DNA from: Iphione sp. A-MEVVRFRX5
Taxonomy: Eukaryota
Length of the DNA stretch: 64,000 nucleotides
Direction: 5' to 3'
Assembly (NCBI GenBank): GCA_976226885.1
Contig: OZ320313.1
Span: 61,380,001 to 61,444,000 of the forward strand
Shown here: positions 26,386-40,630 of the stretch, in pieces
Layout: each line of letters begins with the position of its first letter
Position numbering within the stretch: position 1 is the stretch's first letter
Position numbers and translations under genes: made by a program
The notes under the pieces: model-generated
What the model was told of the DNA's origin: nothing
Databases searched by the model: none
Seen by the model: only the letters and a program-made list of their open reading frames with translations

Positions 26386-29300
26386 TTCTGTACATCCATT
26401 TAGGAAAACACTTTACATATGCTAAAAGCAGATCTATAATGCAGCCACGTCTGAAATGCCGACGATTTGGAGAAGAACAGAGGGTGTCCATAATTGGGAT
26501 GTCACACTGTATTGATACTGTTGCGTGGATTTTCATGAATTTTCCCAGCTGTACAGTCTTTCATGAGGATCTTTGTTTATGGAAAACACAGTAGAAACAC
26601 AATAGAAATGCAGTCGATGGCAACTCAAACATGATTGCTGAAACATGGAGGCCATGATATACAACATGGTAACATGGTGAGATTTTCACAGTGCCATGGT
26701 AACATGGCTACATGGCTGGTACATTGTTGTAGGGAAGTATCTTCTCTGTAGGGACACTGCGGGAAAGCACTCTGTAGCAAGGTGAATGCTAATTGTATCA
26801 ACAATACCTACAGAGGTAATTGTTTGTAAGGCTTTGTTGTATACAACCAAATTCACCGGATCATCCTACACGATACCTTCTTTACCACATTCAGTATTGA
26901 TGTGTGCAGTGAACTCAGCAATGCGATTCCCTTGCAAATCGGTCTTGTGTGTCTGGCTTACAGATCGTGATAAGAAGGATAGGTTCAGCTTTGATGTCTG
27001 TGACTCAGCCTGCTACAGGCTGTACGTCCCAATTGCTTTATTTGAGTGCAACGTTCCTGTATAACTAATGGCTCCTTGCAACCGCATATAAAATGCTGCA
27101 ATGGATTGAGATGAGAATTCAGACCGAAATGTTAACTGAGTGAGCAGTTTCTCGTACAGGCTATTTTTCACACTAGTGAAAGAGCGAATAGGATGGTTGG
27201 CAGAAACATGCAGACTCTTGTATAGTAACAGACATATTTTTATTTAGACAGCTTTCTCTTCTCAAGTAAACAAAACTTTACAACATTAATAGTTTCACAT
27301 CTTTCTCACAGCCTTTCACATTACGTTTAAGATTAAAATCTATATGGGTGGAGCAGGTGGTACTGAACCAACACGTTTAACGTTTCTGACAGTGGTTGTA
27401 TCGGGGATATGCTTGGATACTTGTAACTGAGAATGTTGACACATCGAAAAACATTATCAATCTATTTCTGTGCGGTGTGACCGTTAGCTTCCATGAACAC
27501 CTTCTGAAGCATGCTATTGCTCTCCCTCGTAATTACATGTGTAGCATGAATGAGAATGTGGTGTGTGGTTGTGGATGCATTGTGCGTGTGGAAGATGGTG
27601 TTGTTTGAGCACATTTCCCAGACCCTCCTGAAGGAGTGTTTCCATAGATGCATGCATGTCCTTGAATGTCGCTTGAGTACGTCCATCTCTTTCATAATGT
27701 CTCCCTCATGAAAATTCCATGGGACGAATCTCTGCCTTTTGTAATGCAAAATTCCTTAAACTTGAGCCAGATCTTGTAAAGTGCACTTTTTATAGTGCAA
27801 ATCTCAACGTTTTTAACTGACCCTAACCATAATGATCTCAGAACACCAGTGCATTAGGTACATGACTGTATGAAATATATAGATATTGTGTGGAACATTA
27901 CGCCCCACACTAACCGCGAAAACCCACGCACGTACTGCCCCAATCAATCCACATATCAAACTTTTTTCATGAAACCGTTCCGTTTCTGCGGTCTTGTTAT
28001 TTGGCAACTCACACTCATAGATCTGAGACAGAACTGCACGGATCACGCACTGTTAGAGGCGTTACAGTTCCTCCGAACCCAGCTCATCCATAACCCGACC
28101 TCCCACCGGACAGCAGCTATATAGTAACTCTAGTTCCTTTTCTCATCAAAGAGACGACAGGCTATGTGCCCAGCTCTGCGGAATCTAGCGGCTTCAACAC
28201 CCGCACGGCCCAATGTTATTGACATGTTAACCGCCTCGGGGAGCTATGCTGCAAGTGCGAAACAATCACGTGACCAAAAGGATTGCATCCCCGCAAAAAG
28301 GGACCAAAGCCAATGCGTTCATTGAGAGAATCGCATATTACTTCAGACACCAAAAGGGAGATAAAGACTTCCATAGCACGGATATGGACGAAGGGGTTTA
28401 AAATAAAACACAAAAATTAGTCGTTGTTTTCCTATGTAGTGGGTTGGTCTCAACCTGGAATATTGGGCTTTCAATACTTAAAAACTATACCTTGCTATTT
28501 TAAGATGTGATACTGAAACCTCAGGTCTCGAATCAGAAATAAAATTGACAATCACAAGGTGTTAATAATTGCTAAAATTAATTGATTGATTATGTCACAT
28601 GGCCATCCTTAGGGCCAGACTTTATATATAAGGGACTGATCTCCTCCCACTGCACTTTGGACAGACAACACTGAATGCAGATCTCGTGTGGGCATTCTTT
28701 ATTTTGTGAACCATCATTCACCCAAGCGTAAGAGATAGGTTACACCTATCTCTGGGTATCAGACTGCTTTTCCCCCTCTGGAAGAATGGAATCCATCAAA
28801 ATTACCCGTACACCTCAATTTAACCTTCAATATGGAAAAGACGTGTGTCATTGTCCTTACAATTTCGGGGGGCAATGGATGAGAAATGTAGGTTTAACAC
28901 TTAAACGGTCCATTTTAATCACTCCCAAAACTTTGTTTTAAGTAATCTTATAATTCAGTGTATAATGTAGCTTTGAGATATGCAATATGATCTATTTTAA
29001 ATATCTGTGAGCGGTCCAAGTCTGTTTAGTGCATATTCCTCTATAAGTCGTGTCAGTTACGAAAAATTTCTTGAACAAAACGTGTAAAAAAAAATAAAGA
29101 CGTTACCAGAACAATAATTTTTGGACTTTGGCTCATGACCTACCCCCTCCCTTTTGGTACGTGAGCGTCACATGTCGACAGTTTTCTCATCAAAGTTTTA
29201 GAGAATGATGTAAGACTCCCTTTGGGCTATCCGTCATCTCTTCGGCCACAAAATCCAGGCTTTCAGAGGAATGAAACTAAATCATTTGAATTGGGTGAAG

Positions 29301-29759
29301 AGAACTGGTTCGGACTCAAATTTGGCAATGGCAATCCAATTAATCTTCGTGTACAGCCAGTACTGCTTATCTGAATGAGTTTTTCTGGGGTGCAGCAAAC
29401 TCAATTGAAATCTCTGAGTGTAAAGACCCCAATATCTGACGTTCCTCTCCGTCCGGAAATGTCAATACAACTAGATCTGAATGTTGGGGGTTTATAAAAA
29501 ACGAATATTTTTTTCACAAGCAACTGGCATATAGCCCGTATGAGCAGCATTCTATTCGGTTATTTAATAATCGAAATAAGACACATACATAGCAGTCAAT
29601 GATATGAATATTCATGACGAATAGAAGAGAACCATAATTTATCGACGTTTACAGTAGCCATCCAACTAACAAACATTCAGCACGAAATCGGAGGAAAGCC
29701 AGATGGTAGGCGAGGCAGATAGAGGGATCTATGCTAACAAATTCTAATTTTGTTGGTTC

Positions 29760-29900
29760 TAGCAGCAGGAGGACTTTACCAAGCAAACAGGCCGTGATCT
29801 GTGACAACATCTGCAGCTGTTTGCCTTGTGCCATCGGGACCGTGGCCCCACACCTGCCCTTACTGGCTACGGTGTACCACTGCCCAGAAGCCAATGTTTT
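29760..29900 (+). pseudogene. Possible decayed PHD-finger segment of a CR1/L2-type element
   Basis: KQAVICDNICSCLPCAIG...LLATVYHCPEAN resembles the AI-CD-C--W-H--C...W-C--C PHD spacing, but several ligands are wrong. Confidence 0.2.
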
Positions 29901-31176
29901 AATGGAGTCCTATGCGGGATGTGTTGCTCGGTTTATATGTTGCTTGGATACTGTTCGGCCGTCCACGCCTGCATGGACCCCAAGTCATTTGAGGTTAACT
30001 CCGCCAACATCGTACATCCTGACCTGTTCCACATAGAACCACCAAATCTCAATCCAAACTGATAGTACCACAGTCTCATTATAAGGCCAGAAAAAACAAC
30101 GCTTTAACCCTGTTGGCACAACTGTCATTAGATGGCTGTTATTCATCATTCTTGGCGAGGTATTTGTGAAAGCCTATATGGTCTGCTGGCTGGCACCATC
30201 ATCGCATTGCTTCTATCAACATTTGACTAATTGTTGATAAACAGTGAGTCACCCCTATTCAATTAAGTCGTGTTTTCACAACCTTTTATTTGTCGATCTT
30301 TACCTGCCTTCATAGAGATAGTCATTGTCATAATAATGATTGTCTCCTGACCTCTGTAATCATATGTGACATACATCTGGTTTGCAATATTTCCTATAAA
30401 TGTCAAGGGTGTCCCTAGGTTTAGTTCGGACTTGCCCTCATACTAGCCAGTGATCATCTCACCTCACCTCTGCGTGTTACGTCTTATGCAAAAAGATCAC
30501 TATTAGAAATCACGTAGAACCTACTCTCCTTCTTCCCATGAAGGTGAGCTACAGTGATGATATAGATTTTTGAAAGGCAAAAATACCAATCAGTATAGAA
30601 AGACTCAAATGAAACAGGAGTCGGAAGGACACCCAAAGTAAGAGGAAGTAGAATGTAGAACTCCCCTGCTGCATCGCCAGTTATTGCCGTCATCCATTTG
30701 TGCCTAAATGGTTTGACAGCTGGGTCCTACCTTATTGCCATTGGGCATGCGCGCTGACCATCAGCCAGCGTTCCCATGGAAGCCAAAAGGAGGTGGTAGT
30801 CGACCTACTCAGGATAGTCTCGGCTTCGAAGGACATTCCTTCCTCGAACTGAATATCCCATCAGCATCCGAATATTCGCAACGGTTGCTCTCAGCCAGCC
30901 CGTGAAGTGTTGATCTATACCTATCTTTGCCTTGGTATAGGCACATACCTGCGTACAGACATACGTAGGCATGTCTATATCAGTTTCAAATGATGTACAC
31001 ATAACATATGTACATGTACATGTATAATGTTGTGTTTTGAATGCCCTGACAAGTGTTCTTTTGCTCTACAGCCTTAGGCCGGTTCGTAGATTCTATTTTT
31101 TTTGCCCATGGAACTCTTGTCGTTTCATCCTACGTACAAGTAATCCTCTACAGTTTGTGTCCTCTTGTGGTGAAAA

Positions 31177-31265
31177 ATGTCTGCGCCCATTGTTCTGCGG
31201 TCGTCAGTCTTCCTGGTCTTCGCCTTAACAGGCCGCCCCGAGTCGCGCACCGTTACTTATATCCG
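31177..31265 (+). CDS. Candidate signal-peptide-coding exon (MSAPIVLRSSVFLVFALTGRPESRTVTYIR)
   Basis: Acceptor cctctacag at 31153, aaaATG start, hydrophobic core VFLVFALT, donor CG|gtgagg. Confidence 0.35.
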
Positions 31266-32550
31266 GTGAGGTAAATCCTAATGTACTTTTAGCCAAGCAG
31301 CCCCTAATTCCGACAGTTTAACTGTAATCTAGGCCGTATCATATACTAGCACTCCTGGTCTTTGTATGCTGTTTCTGCATCATACCCGTCCCAGCAGCAA
31401 AAAAAGAAATATGTTCGTTCAATCATTAGCCGCAAGGAGACCTCATTTTCATAGGCAGCGAATGATAAACAGGCTTAATTTTCAACCGTAAGCGCAAGAT
31501 GACAGTTGCATTATTAACTTTAGTATGTCTCGTTCCGTGTAAACTATACTAGTGTGTCCTTATCTTCAGTAAGGCTGTAATCCATTGCTTTATCTCCATT
31601 GGATCATTCACTGGCAATTATTTTAAGGAGTCATTCGTCATATCCACAGCACAAGAAAATGTGTTAGAGATTCATCTTCCATTAGGAGAATGGGAGTTGG
31701 GTTACTTTGACGCTTTCTGCAACTGCGCCATCCATTTAAGCGTTCCTATCCTCCATTATGGCTAAACAGCGTTCGAGACACGTCGTTGCTACAATACTGA
31801 ATTGAAACTAAAATAGACTATGGATGAGGCGAACAAGTATGATCTTCCCAAATTTATTTTCTAGGGGACAGCAAGGTGTACAAGTCTGACTCTCACAACT
31901 TTATATTATTTTTCCCAGTGACTGCTATAAATAATTTCTATTATAGAAAAATAATGCCCTTTTGTAACCCTACATCATCTACTGCTACAGGAAGTAGATC
32001 TTTTAAGTGCGTTTTATCAAAAGCTCTTTACAAGCTAGAAGATGAAAATGGAGCAGCCATGTTCCGTTAATGGAAAATGCAGCATTGTACCAAAGCTACG
32101 TATTTCACGCAGTAAATGTACGTTTCATTCTCTAGAGGTTGCGTTATTATTAGTAAGCCACGATACCAGGTTATATTGTCAAACTAGGTCATTGTAACAT
32201 TTATACATGAACTGTTATTTGTAATGTACAATCATGATGGCTCGGGTGTTGTAGATCATAGAAAACTAACATCTATACCAAGCGTTTTTCTATGTACCTA
32301 ACAGTTAATGGTATACATATAAGTGCAATCCACAGGGGCCGGAAATGCAAACCACATTGCATGGCCACATCGTCGTTCACTTGGTATTATTTTCTGATCT
32401 CTTATTAGGTCTACGTGCAGCTGCCTCTATATGTGTTCTTACCACACATCAACCAATGTTCTTGTTCGTTCTAGAAAGAAACATCGAGGGAGAAAATGAA
32501 TTGAGAACAAAATAGTTCCGTTAAATTTACCTTGCTCTCTTTCATTGCAG

Positions 32551-32622
32551 CCTGCACACGTTGCACAGGCTCCACCTACGAGGCCCGGTCCTGCCAGGGT
32601 AATGCAGACCGCCAGTGTATGC
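32551..32622 (+). CDS. Exon encoding a TNFR/NGFR-type cysteine-rich half-module
   Basis: Strong acceptor ttgctctctttcattgcag and consensus donor gtaagt; 72 nt, phase 1-1; xCTRCTGSTYEARSCQGNADRQCMx fits C-x2-C-x9-C-x4-D-x2-C, the second half of the TNFR cysteine-rich domain. Confidence 0.75.
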
Positions 32623-34003
32623 GTAAGTACCAGCCACTTCTATGTTCATCCTCCCCGGCGGGGCATTGCTAAGCTGCTGCCCGCAAAGTCCACAGTCCGA
32701 TCTGCGCCCTTGGCGTCACTGAATTTGCATAGAACGACGCTTGTGTTGGGTGAAGTCGCCCTCTACATCGTCTATCCGCCAGGTTAACTGCGCGCTAACC
32801 TAGCGCAAGCCGTTTTACACCTCGACTTTTAATAAGTTGAGATCGATGCAGTGAGGTCAACACAATGAGGGATGTGCCTGTTCAAATTTCATTAAAAAAT
32901 GCTATTATACAAGGAATTGAATGGTAACAAATGGAGTATAATTGTACAGTGCAAATATATTCTTATATAAGGACAGAGCGTGCTGACTTTACAAGTCAAT
33001 AATTGATTGTCGAGAAGTTCCTATAACTCCAAAATGCCAGGGCATACATTTAAAGAATATCTTCCTGTCAAGATAGGTAGTGCCTTAAATATCTAATGAG
33101 CCGGACATACTCTATTCGTAATTCAAGATGTCGTATTTGGTGTCCTGATTAAAATTATATTCGATGAGATGCAGACCTAAACGGTCAGCAGCAATTCAAT
33201 AACATGCTTCATAGCATGGGTAGATAAAGAAGCAACATTATTAACAAAACCTTTTTATGTATGTATGTTCGTTTCGTCTTTTAATGAAACATTTTCATAT
33301 CAAGTACATGTAGAGTAGAGTATCAAAGACGTCGAAATTGAGGAAACAGGCAAGAGAGACGAACAAAATAACGGACGAACGGAAATGGAGAAGGGGGAGC
33401 AGGAAATTCAGAAAAGTGCAGGAAGTCGGTAGAGAAAGAACAGTACGTCCACCAGCACCTGCCAGAATATAAACGAAGCGAGAGTGACAGTGTTGTTAAC
33501 AATGACGTTCACATGGCGCCACATAGTCCAGTCCCATCATTCCTTGTAATCCTACCACCTCGTTATGCATTCAACACAAAGTGGTCATGTTTGTGTTCCA
33601 AACGACTCAATGACAGTCTTCCGGACTGCACCTTTCCCACGCCCCTTTAAATCGCATCTTAAACAAAGCCATTACTCTAACCAGTGGCAGAGCAATAGGG
33701 CAGCTAAGTAGGTCACGGGAAAGTCCGCGATTTCGGAGGTTGGAGACACCCTATTATCACCCACCAACAGCTGACAGTGTAGAGAAGCAATGTGCATTGA
33801 AAAATCATTCTTTATCAAAAGATTAAGAGGTCTTAAGACAAATCCTGTGGCACAATAATAGAACAGATAACTATGCACAGCATTTACATTACTGTTTTTC
33901 TAAATGATGTACAGAATTGATGTAATAAATGCAAATATTGACGGTCACTAGTGATGTTTTTACTGTTGTTTACCCTCCCACATAAGTCAGTCTTCTCTTA
34001 AAG

Positions 34004-34080
34004 ATTGTGAGAGACCTCCTGATCCGATTTGCACATGTTTGCAATCATCTGATAGAGAATTTTACAGGCTTTCTGAATCT
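34004..34080 (+). CDS. Candidate internal exon
   Basis: cttctcttaaag acceptor and gtaagt donor; open in two frames (xCERPPDPICTCLQSSDREFYRLSES, phase-compatible with the TNFR exon, or IVRDLLIRFAHVCNHLIENFTGFLN). Confidence 0.3.
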
Positions 34081-34375
34081 GTAAGTCATATGTCTACATC
34101 TGGATGTGAGGGAGGGCTAGACAGGGGCAGAGACAGAGTTTGAAGGCTACTTGGGCTCTTAATACTGACAGATGAAGGTGATGTGTTTTGGCGGATTTTT
34201 CTTCTTTAACTAAGGTATATACATGCTTCTAATACAGTTTAGTTTATTCCTTGGATAATTACCTTCAGGATGGTGGTTGTTGCATGCAAATCAGTGTATT
34301 ATTAGTGAAGTTAGCATAGACCCAATAGGGACTCCCCGGCCTCCCTGCCGCCACCACCGATTGTAGGCGGTAACA

Positions 34376-35030
34376 GGTCAACTGGGCCCATAAGTCAGCA
34401 GAATTGACTGCTTTGAACTGCTTTCATTGTTCACCTGCTGGTCTCTAAGACCAAAAAAAAGGTGTGTTTCTGGTAACCCATGCCAGCCTAGTAAAACCTC
34501 ACCCTACCTAAAAATGTTTTTTGCCCCCAAGAGTTTCCAAGGCTAATTTTTCTTAAATATGTGTTTTCACACCACATGTTTTTGGTAATTTCTGTAGAAA
34601 ACAATAAAATCCCTGGAAATTCAGTAAAAAAATCCAAATTGGTCAAAATTCTTCATATTATCTTTATTATTGAATACCAGAGGAAGAAAGTAGAAAGAAA
34701 ATTTAAAAAAAAAACAGAGTTACCTCTCCTCCCTACTTAGGTTTTTGGGTGGTCGTTACCAGAAGCACACCTATTTTTTTTTTTGGCCTAACATCTCCCT
34801 CCCTGCTCTGACTGCGGGATAGTCAACTGGGCCCCTAAAGGCACTACAAAAGGTAGCAGGATGACTAGGCTGCAGGCTGACTGGGCCTCTGACTGACTGG
34901 GTCATGTTGACACTCATAGAATCGGTTTTATCACACTGCCCAGCCATTATGCATAACATTTCATCTCAATTTGAGAGCAAAATCATATTGATGGACCTAG
35001 TTGATACTGTGTTGATGGGCCCAGTTGACT
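34376..35030. mobile_element. Older non-autonomous repeat with GTCAACTGGGCCC motifs that hosts the Harbinger MITE
   Basis: gtcaactgggccca near 34376, gtcaactgggcccc near 34824, inverted tgggcccagttgac near 35017, and a degenerate copy gatggacctagttgat. Confidence 0.45.
34449..34788. mobile_element. PIF/Harbinger-type (Tourist-like) MITE, 340 bp
   Basis: TIRs gaccaaaaaaaaggtgtgtttctggtaac and gttaccagaagcacacctatttttttttttggcc; TAA target duplication at 34446-34448 and 34789-34791. Confidence 0.85.
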
Positions 35031-38000
35031 TAGTGACCCTTCAATATATTGGGATTCGATAAAACGTCGTACATCCATTATGTCAACCTCTTTGCAATTG
35101 GCAATTTCACTCACTGATTTGAGATGTTTTTACTACTATTATAGAGAAACCAAAGCTATATTTAGAAAGAGCAGAATATTAGCTCTCAGAATATATAAAG
35201 TTAATGTTGATATAATGAGCAGACGTGACACTAGCAATGATTTTTCAATACTCATATATTTTCAACACTGGCACATGTCGGTGAGTGATAGTTGGGTGTC
35301 CCAGGTCTCTGAGTAGGTCGCGAGACTTAGGTGCCCTATTGATCTGAAAAAAGCATTACTACCTTTTGTTTCTTGCTTTGTGTTGTGACATTTTATGTAG
35401 CACCTCAAGAACTCCTAAGCAATCATTTGCCTTTCATGATTCTGAAACTCTGTTGGACCAGGATAGGCAAACAATTACAAATTAGAAAGTGTGTTACAGT
35501 GTGTATACAAGGGAAGATGACTGGGAATGTTTTTTTCAAAATTGAGAATAAAAACTTCCGAAAACAATAAACAAATTGAAGCACTTTACACAAATACCAT
35601 TGTTGAATTGATTCCAGAGGTGATCGCTATGAGAGGTTTCTCTGTAACTTATTCTCTTTAGGCTGGTGGCATAAAGAGTGATTCTCCACGGATATGATAG
35701 GGAAAGGAAACGTTTAAAATCCGCAAAGCGCCAATTTGATATCATTTCAATCCTTTATGGCCCTGGACCCATAATCACAATACTGTTCTACTGTGTTCCG
35801 TCTTTATTTGATGGACAACATTGCATTTTCAGTACTTGTGATGCACATCTTTCCCTTTGAATCGCAACATGCGTGACCTTTATATATTGAATGAAATTTA
35901 CACAACCTGAGTCTAAGAATATTCCCGTCTTTTATAAATGTTTCATGCAAAACTAGCGTGCAAATGTTCACTGAAAGATCGCCTAACAAGCGTTTCAATC
36001 ACTCTTTTGTACTCCTATTACAACCATTGAGAAGGCTGAGTGTCAAGACATCTCAGTTATTCCCGTTTACATATAAGATGCTGACTAAAAGCCATAAAGG
36101 TCATGCCGTTCTATCCTGTATATGACAGACTTCCTATCCACCTGTCATATTATTCGTACATCATGCATTCCCTAGAAGGCAGAGGTATTAATCTATTGTA
36201 AATGTTTTTCTTTTCATAAAATGACCACGGTGTTTTTGTGGTAGAAATCATCAATGGCTCTTTTCCATAGAGGTGCATGCTAATGCTCCCTGCCTTTGAC
36301 GATATGATCTTCGCAAACATGCATGATGACATATCTAGATACTGTGAAGGAACAGTACTATACCCTGAACTTCGATAGGTCATTTTTTCAAGCTTTGCTG
36401 TTGTATTAACGCGACGTTTGTTCCAAGTGAGCAAAAGGCAGGGAGACCGACACGGCCTGGTACGGCTGCCCCTCCAAAAAACTCTTATCAAGGTGAAGAC
36501 CTCTGAAAATACAAAACGTGTGGGAGACAGCTTGGCTTAAATGTAACAACAATTCATTGTTAAAATGTATATGACAATTATGCAGCGATTGGCGTGATAA
36601 TAATCAGTGCAACAATTATATGCATTGCAACTTACTAACATTTACATATAAAAGGTACAATCAGACTTAAAATGCTTGGTGGAACCTTATAGGTGTTTAG
36701 ACCTTTTGTTCTAGAATAGGATAAAAGGACCTCCTGGCGTGGATACGGCTACCACGAAAATCACCCTACATGCATCCGTGTACAGGTGTCTTACAGGTTA
36801 TTCCTAGGGGATGTATTCATACAGACTGAGAGCCTCCAGACTCAAGTTCTGTTGTCATGGAGAGAATGCACATATAGTTATGTTCTCCCTTCCATCCTGT
36901 TGCTGGGATAATTTGTACACAGTGTGTAGTGCAATTCAACCGTGAAGAGGATGCCATGTTTTAAATCTGTAAGCCGGGTTATGTGTATATTTTCAAATAT
37001 ATATAGTAGCGACCCAGAATGAAGGCCACTAATAGTATTGAAAAAATCCCTTATCTGCAAATTTTCCTCCTACCCAAGTTGATGATACTATAGGAAATCA
37101 TCCATTAGGATCAGCTAGTCTGATTAGTCTTCCTAGTGGAATTTCCCATAATGTGAGTTGCTACTGTAATCACATTAAAATATATCCCAACATGGAAAGA
37201 AGTAAGGTCAGTGAGAAGTCGTTTGTCTCTAAGACGGCCTTCAGGGATACTTTGAATACGCTTAAATGGTCTAGCTGACTTCTATAGTTATTGGCAATGA
37301 GACAGAATGACCATCAGAGGTGTAAGCGGTTGCTGGGATATCTTCTTGTCCAACGGTAAAGAGAGACAGGAAGCATGAATGGGCAGGATATCATCAACTA
37401 TTTATGTTTCATTGTTTATACCGTATCTTTAACATATTGTACATATTTGCTGCACTCAATCCACCATCACATATCCCACTGACACTGTTAAAAAAGGTTG
37501 ACTGAACAATGCTCTTTTACATACAACAGGTTGGCTGGCCTTCATATTGTAAACAGCTGTCCTGAATTAAAAGAAATCATATTTAACCATGGTGGTCTCT
37601 TCAAGCACCATCATAGGATTTTCATATAATTTGCTATGACTGTCATCCTATTGTGGTTTACCTGGAGAGAGCTTGCTCCCTTGCTTCATGTTGAAAAGAG
37701 TCCTGACTATCTGATGTCAAACAAATTCTGAGAGCGTTGACCCCAGAAGAAGGGAACCATGTAGGTGAAGTATACAGAAGATTTATGAGGTGCAACCCAT
37801 CACCTTAGGGTCCTCATTCCTCTGCTGTCTCATATCTATTAATGGCCTACATATATTCACATGTATTGTATACATACTCTCTGGGCATTTTAACTGTGAT
37901 TGTTGAAACATTCCCCTTATAACTAACCATTCACCATATAACAAATGCATGTGCATCAGACATGGATTTTCCACTATTTTAATCCAGGATAGAATATACA

Positions 38001-39308
38001 TTGTACATAAATTGTATATATACTTTTACATACAGATATGCATGCAATAGTGTGCCTAGAATCAGTCTAAAATGCAGGATGACATTTGGAAAACAGCTAT
38101 TTAAGGGCAGTACACCTTGCAATTCTAGATACTGAGGAATAATATATTCCTCTCATCCTTCAGCTGCCACTGGGTGGTGTTCACTGCTAGCAGGAGGGAG
38201 ATTTTAGTCCACACTCTCGCCAGGCTTTGCATCACCCCTCGCCGCCGTGAATAAGCACCGTCCGTGGATCGTTCACACTTCCATCTCGTAGGCTGCCCCC
38301 AACTTTCCGGTATTCCGCGCGTTCCGTCCGCTGCCGGCTTGCATCCTTCCCGCTTTATTTAGAAACTTGTTGGGGTAATCTCATCCTGATTGGCGCTGCG
38401 ACAAACCCAATTTAGGTGTCTGCAGAAAAGATGCCTGTAAACACTGGCGGATTAAGTGCTCGGCCGAATTAATGACTAAGCGAAAGCCGATCGTCCCAAG
38501 GGAGAATTGAGACTTCCCCCACAGGAGAAAAAGCGTTTGAATGTGCGTGTATATGTGCACCTGGGTTGAGGGGTAGCATTGCCGAGCACTCATAGCGCTT
38601 TCTGCCGGGGAACTCGCGTCTCTTCCCTGACACCAGACGGCGCTAGTCCGACTCGCCCAGATCGATCATCGTATTTAATCTTCTACATCCATTTCCAAAA
38701 ATAATCCATAACTATGACTCTCGCGTTACCGTTAATTTGGTATTGGTCCGCTATAATGCTGCTGACCTTAATAATCATGACTTGCAAAGGCAATGATGTG
38801 GTACGCTTATAAAAAAAAATCAACTGTTCTTGCTTCACTTCAACAATTGAACTGTAGTTCTCCTGCATATCAAGACCAGCACATTCAGCAAGAAAGATAA
38901 TCAGCACGGTTCTCCCAACAATTTATTCTGTAACATCGTTAACTTTATCCTCGTCCTTATATTGTGATGCCCTAATGACAGTTAATCACCATGCTTATAC
39001 ATGCTTATGCTTGTACTAGATAATCAACAATCTATTGTTAACCTTTTCAATGGCACATCCCCAGCTGCTATCGACCATACTATCGGCAACATAAATTGAA
39101 ATCCCGTTTATGCTATAAATGTAAAGGTATTGGACCTGACAAATTTGCATGCTTTGTAAACGCAAAATAAAACTGCTAAAATCCTTTTAATTTAATTGAC
39201 GGTGGTTTTTGAGGCTTTAGGCTATTGCTGTTGAGAGCAGGCATTGCAGTGCATAATTGAATAAAAGTATTCACGATTAGCATCTGAATAAAACAACATA
39301 ATATGATA

Positions 39309-39504
39309 CAGTAAAAACGTACTAACACACCGTCTCAAAGAGGAGAACAACCATTGGGAAAGACAAAATATCGATTTGCAACCATCCTTGCTATTAAGAC
39401 CAGTACAGCCTGGTACAAAAGTCTAGATTTCTATTATTAAAAATTTGCAATACAACCATTTGACCTTGGTCCCACAGTGGTGGTCATAAATAGAGTCTCC
39501 ACTG
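39309..39504. mobile_element. Decayed Tigger/pogo-like MITE
   Basis: TA-CAGTAAAAAC ... GTCTCCACTG-TA ends with TA duplication and internal GACCA/TGGTC motifs. Confidence 0.55.
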
Positions 39505-39742
39505 TATGTGCATTACCCGTGTTTTAGATAAACTTGAGGGAGAAAACGGCCAGTTCAAAGCTTGTTACCATCCTAAGCCTCCTGTCTGATGTCAGGGCCA
39601 ATGACGCATGTGGTTTAACAATATTCAAGTAGTATCATGTGGATTATAACATCAACCACGTCCAAATAAATGTAGAAACACACCTATGCCTTCTCGACAA
39701 TAGATTACAATGTGAACCCGCAATGATGGTTAACAGAAAGAA

Positions 39743-40570
39743 TTGACTTGACTTGACTTGGTGAGGTAGGCAATGACCCATGAGGGGCGCCTTGGTCTTC
39801 ACCATTAGGGCAGACCTGGTTCTGGCTTGTCCTTTTATGATGAGGTATACTTCTAGTAAATCTCCTACAGCCTTTGGGAGCTAATGCTGAAGTCAGACTG
39901 TGCTGCACAAACAGCTGTGATCAGGGGCTCCCTACCTTTTCTGTTGCTGGTGGCAGATCAACCCACTGCTGGATGCACTTGTGCTCAGAACTTGTGCACC
40001 ACATGATCTCTTGGGTTTGCATTGTGAACAGCAGCTGCTGTGAACTGGCTGCTAATCTTCCCACCTAGCTCCCAGTCAGGTGATAGCATGAGAGGACTAC
40101 CTTTAGTCACAGTACCTTGAGGGAGCAGTGCTGGCACTGCTTGCTTAGTCAGGCATGCAGTGATAGGCAGATGATGTAGAAAGGGTAATTCAGAAGAGTT
40201 AACTGTTTGTCAGAGCAGTGTAACACTGACCACTGCACTCGCCCCTCCCCAAAGTACAGGGTTACAGCTGGTGCAAAACCGCTGGTGGCAGGACTTAACT
40301 GGTAGACCCAAGATAAATGAAGATTCCTAGGTCTATCTTGTCCCCCTGAGTAGGGATACAGCCTTCAGCCAGCCTGGGTCTACTCATGGTGTGTGGGTCC
40401 AGTGGCTCAACCAGGGTAGCTAGTCCACTTCACACCAGCTCCAAAAGGTTAGAGTCCATAGACCAGCTTGCGAACCACAAATAACTGTGTAGACCCTGAG
40501 GTTGGGGTTAGCCTACCTGGGGTCAGCTCCACAAAGGGTTACAGGGTTGTCAAACCAATTAATGCCCCAG
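39743..40570 (-). mobile_element. Non-autonomous RTE-type LINE derivative (3' tail plus 5'UTR-like part, no ORF2)
   Basis: (CAAGT)n tail on the minus strand at 39743-39760, typical of RTE 3' ends. The distal part resembles RTE-BovB-like 5' UTRs (e.g. accagcggttttgcaccagctgtaa) from recalled consensus. No RT or endonuclease motifs between the two. Confidence 0.45.
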
Positions 40571-40571
40571 C

Positions 40572-40630
40572 TTTAAACAGATATTCAAACAGATGTTTAA
40601 ACAGATATTTAAACAGATGTGCACACCGAT
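40572..40630. repeat. 12-bp tandem repeat x ~5
   Basis: tttaaacagat(a/g) units. Confidence 0.85.
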
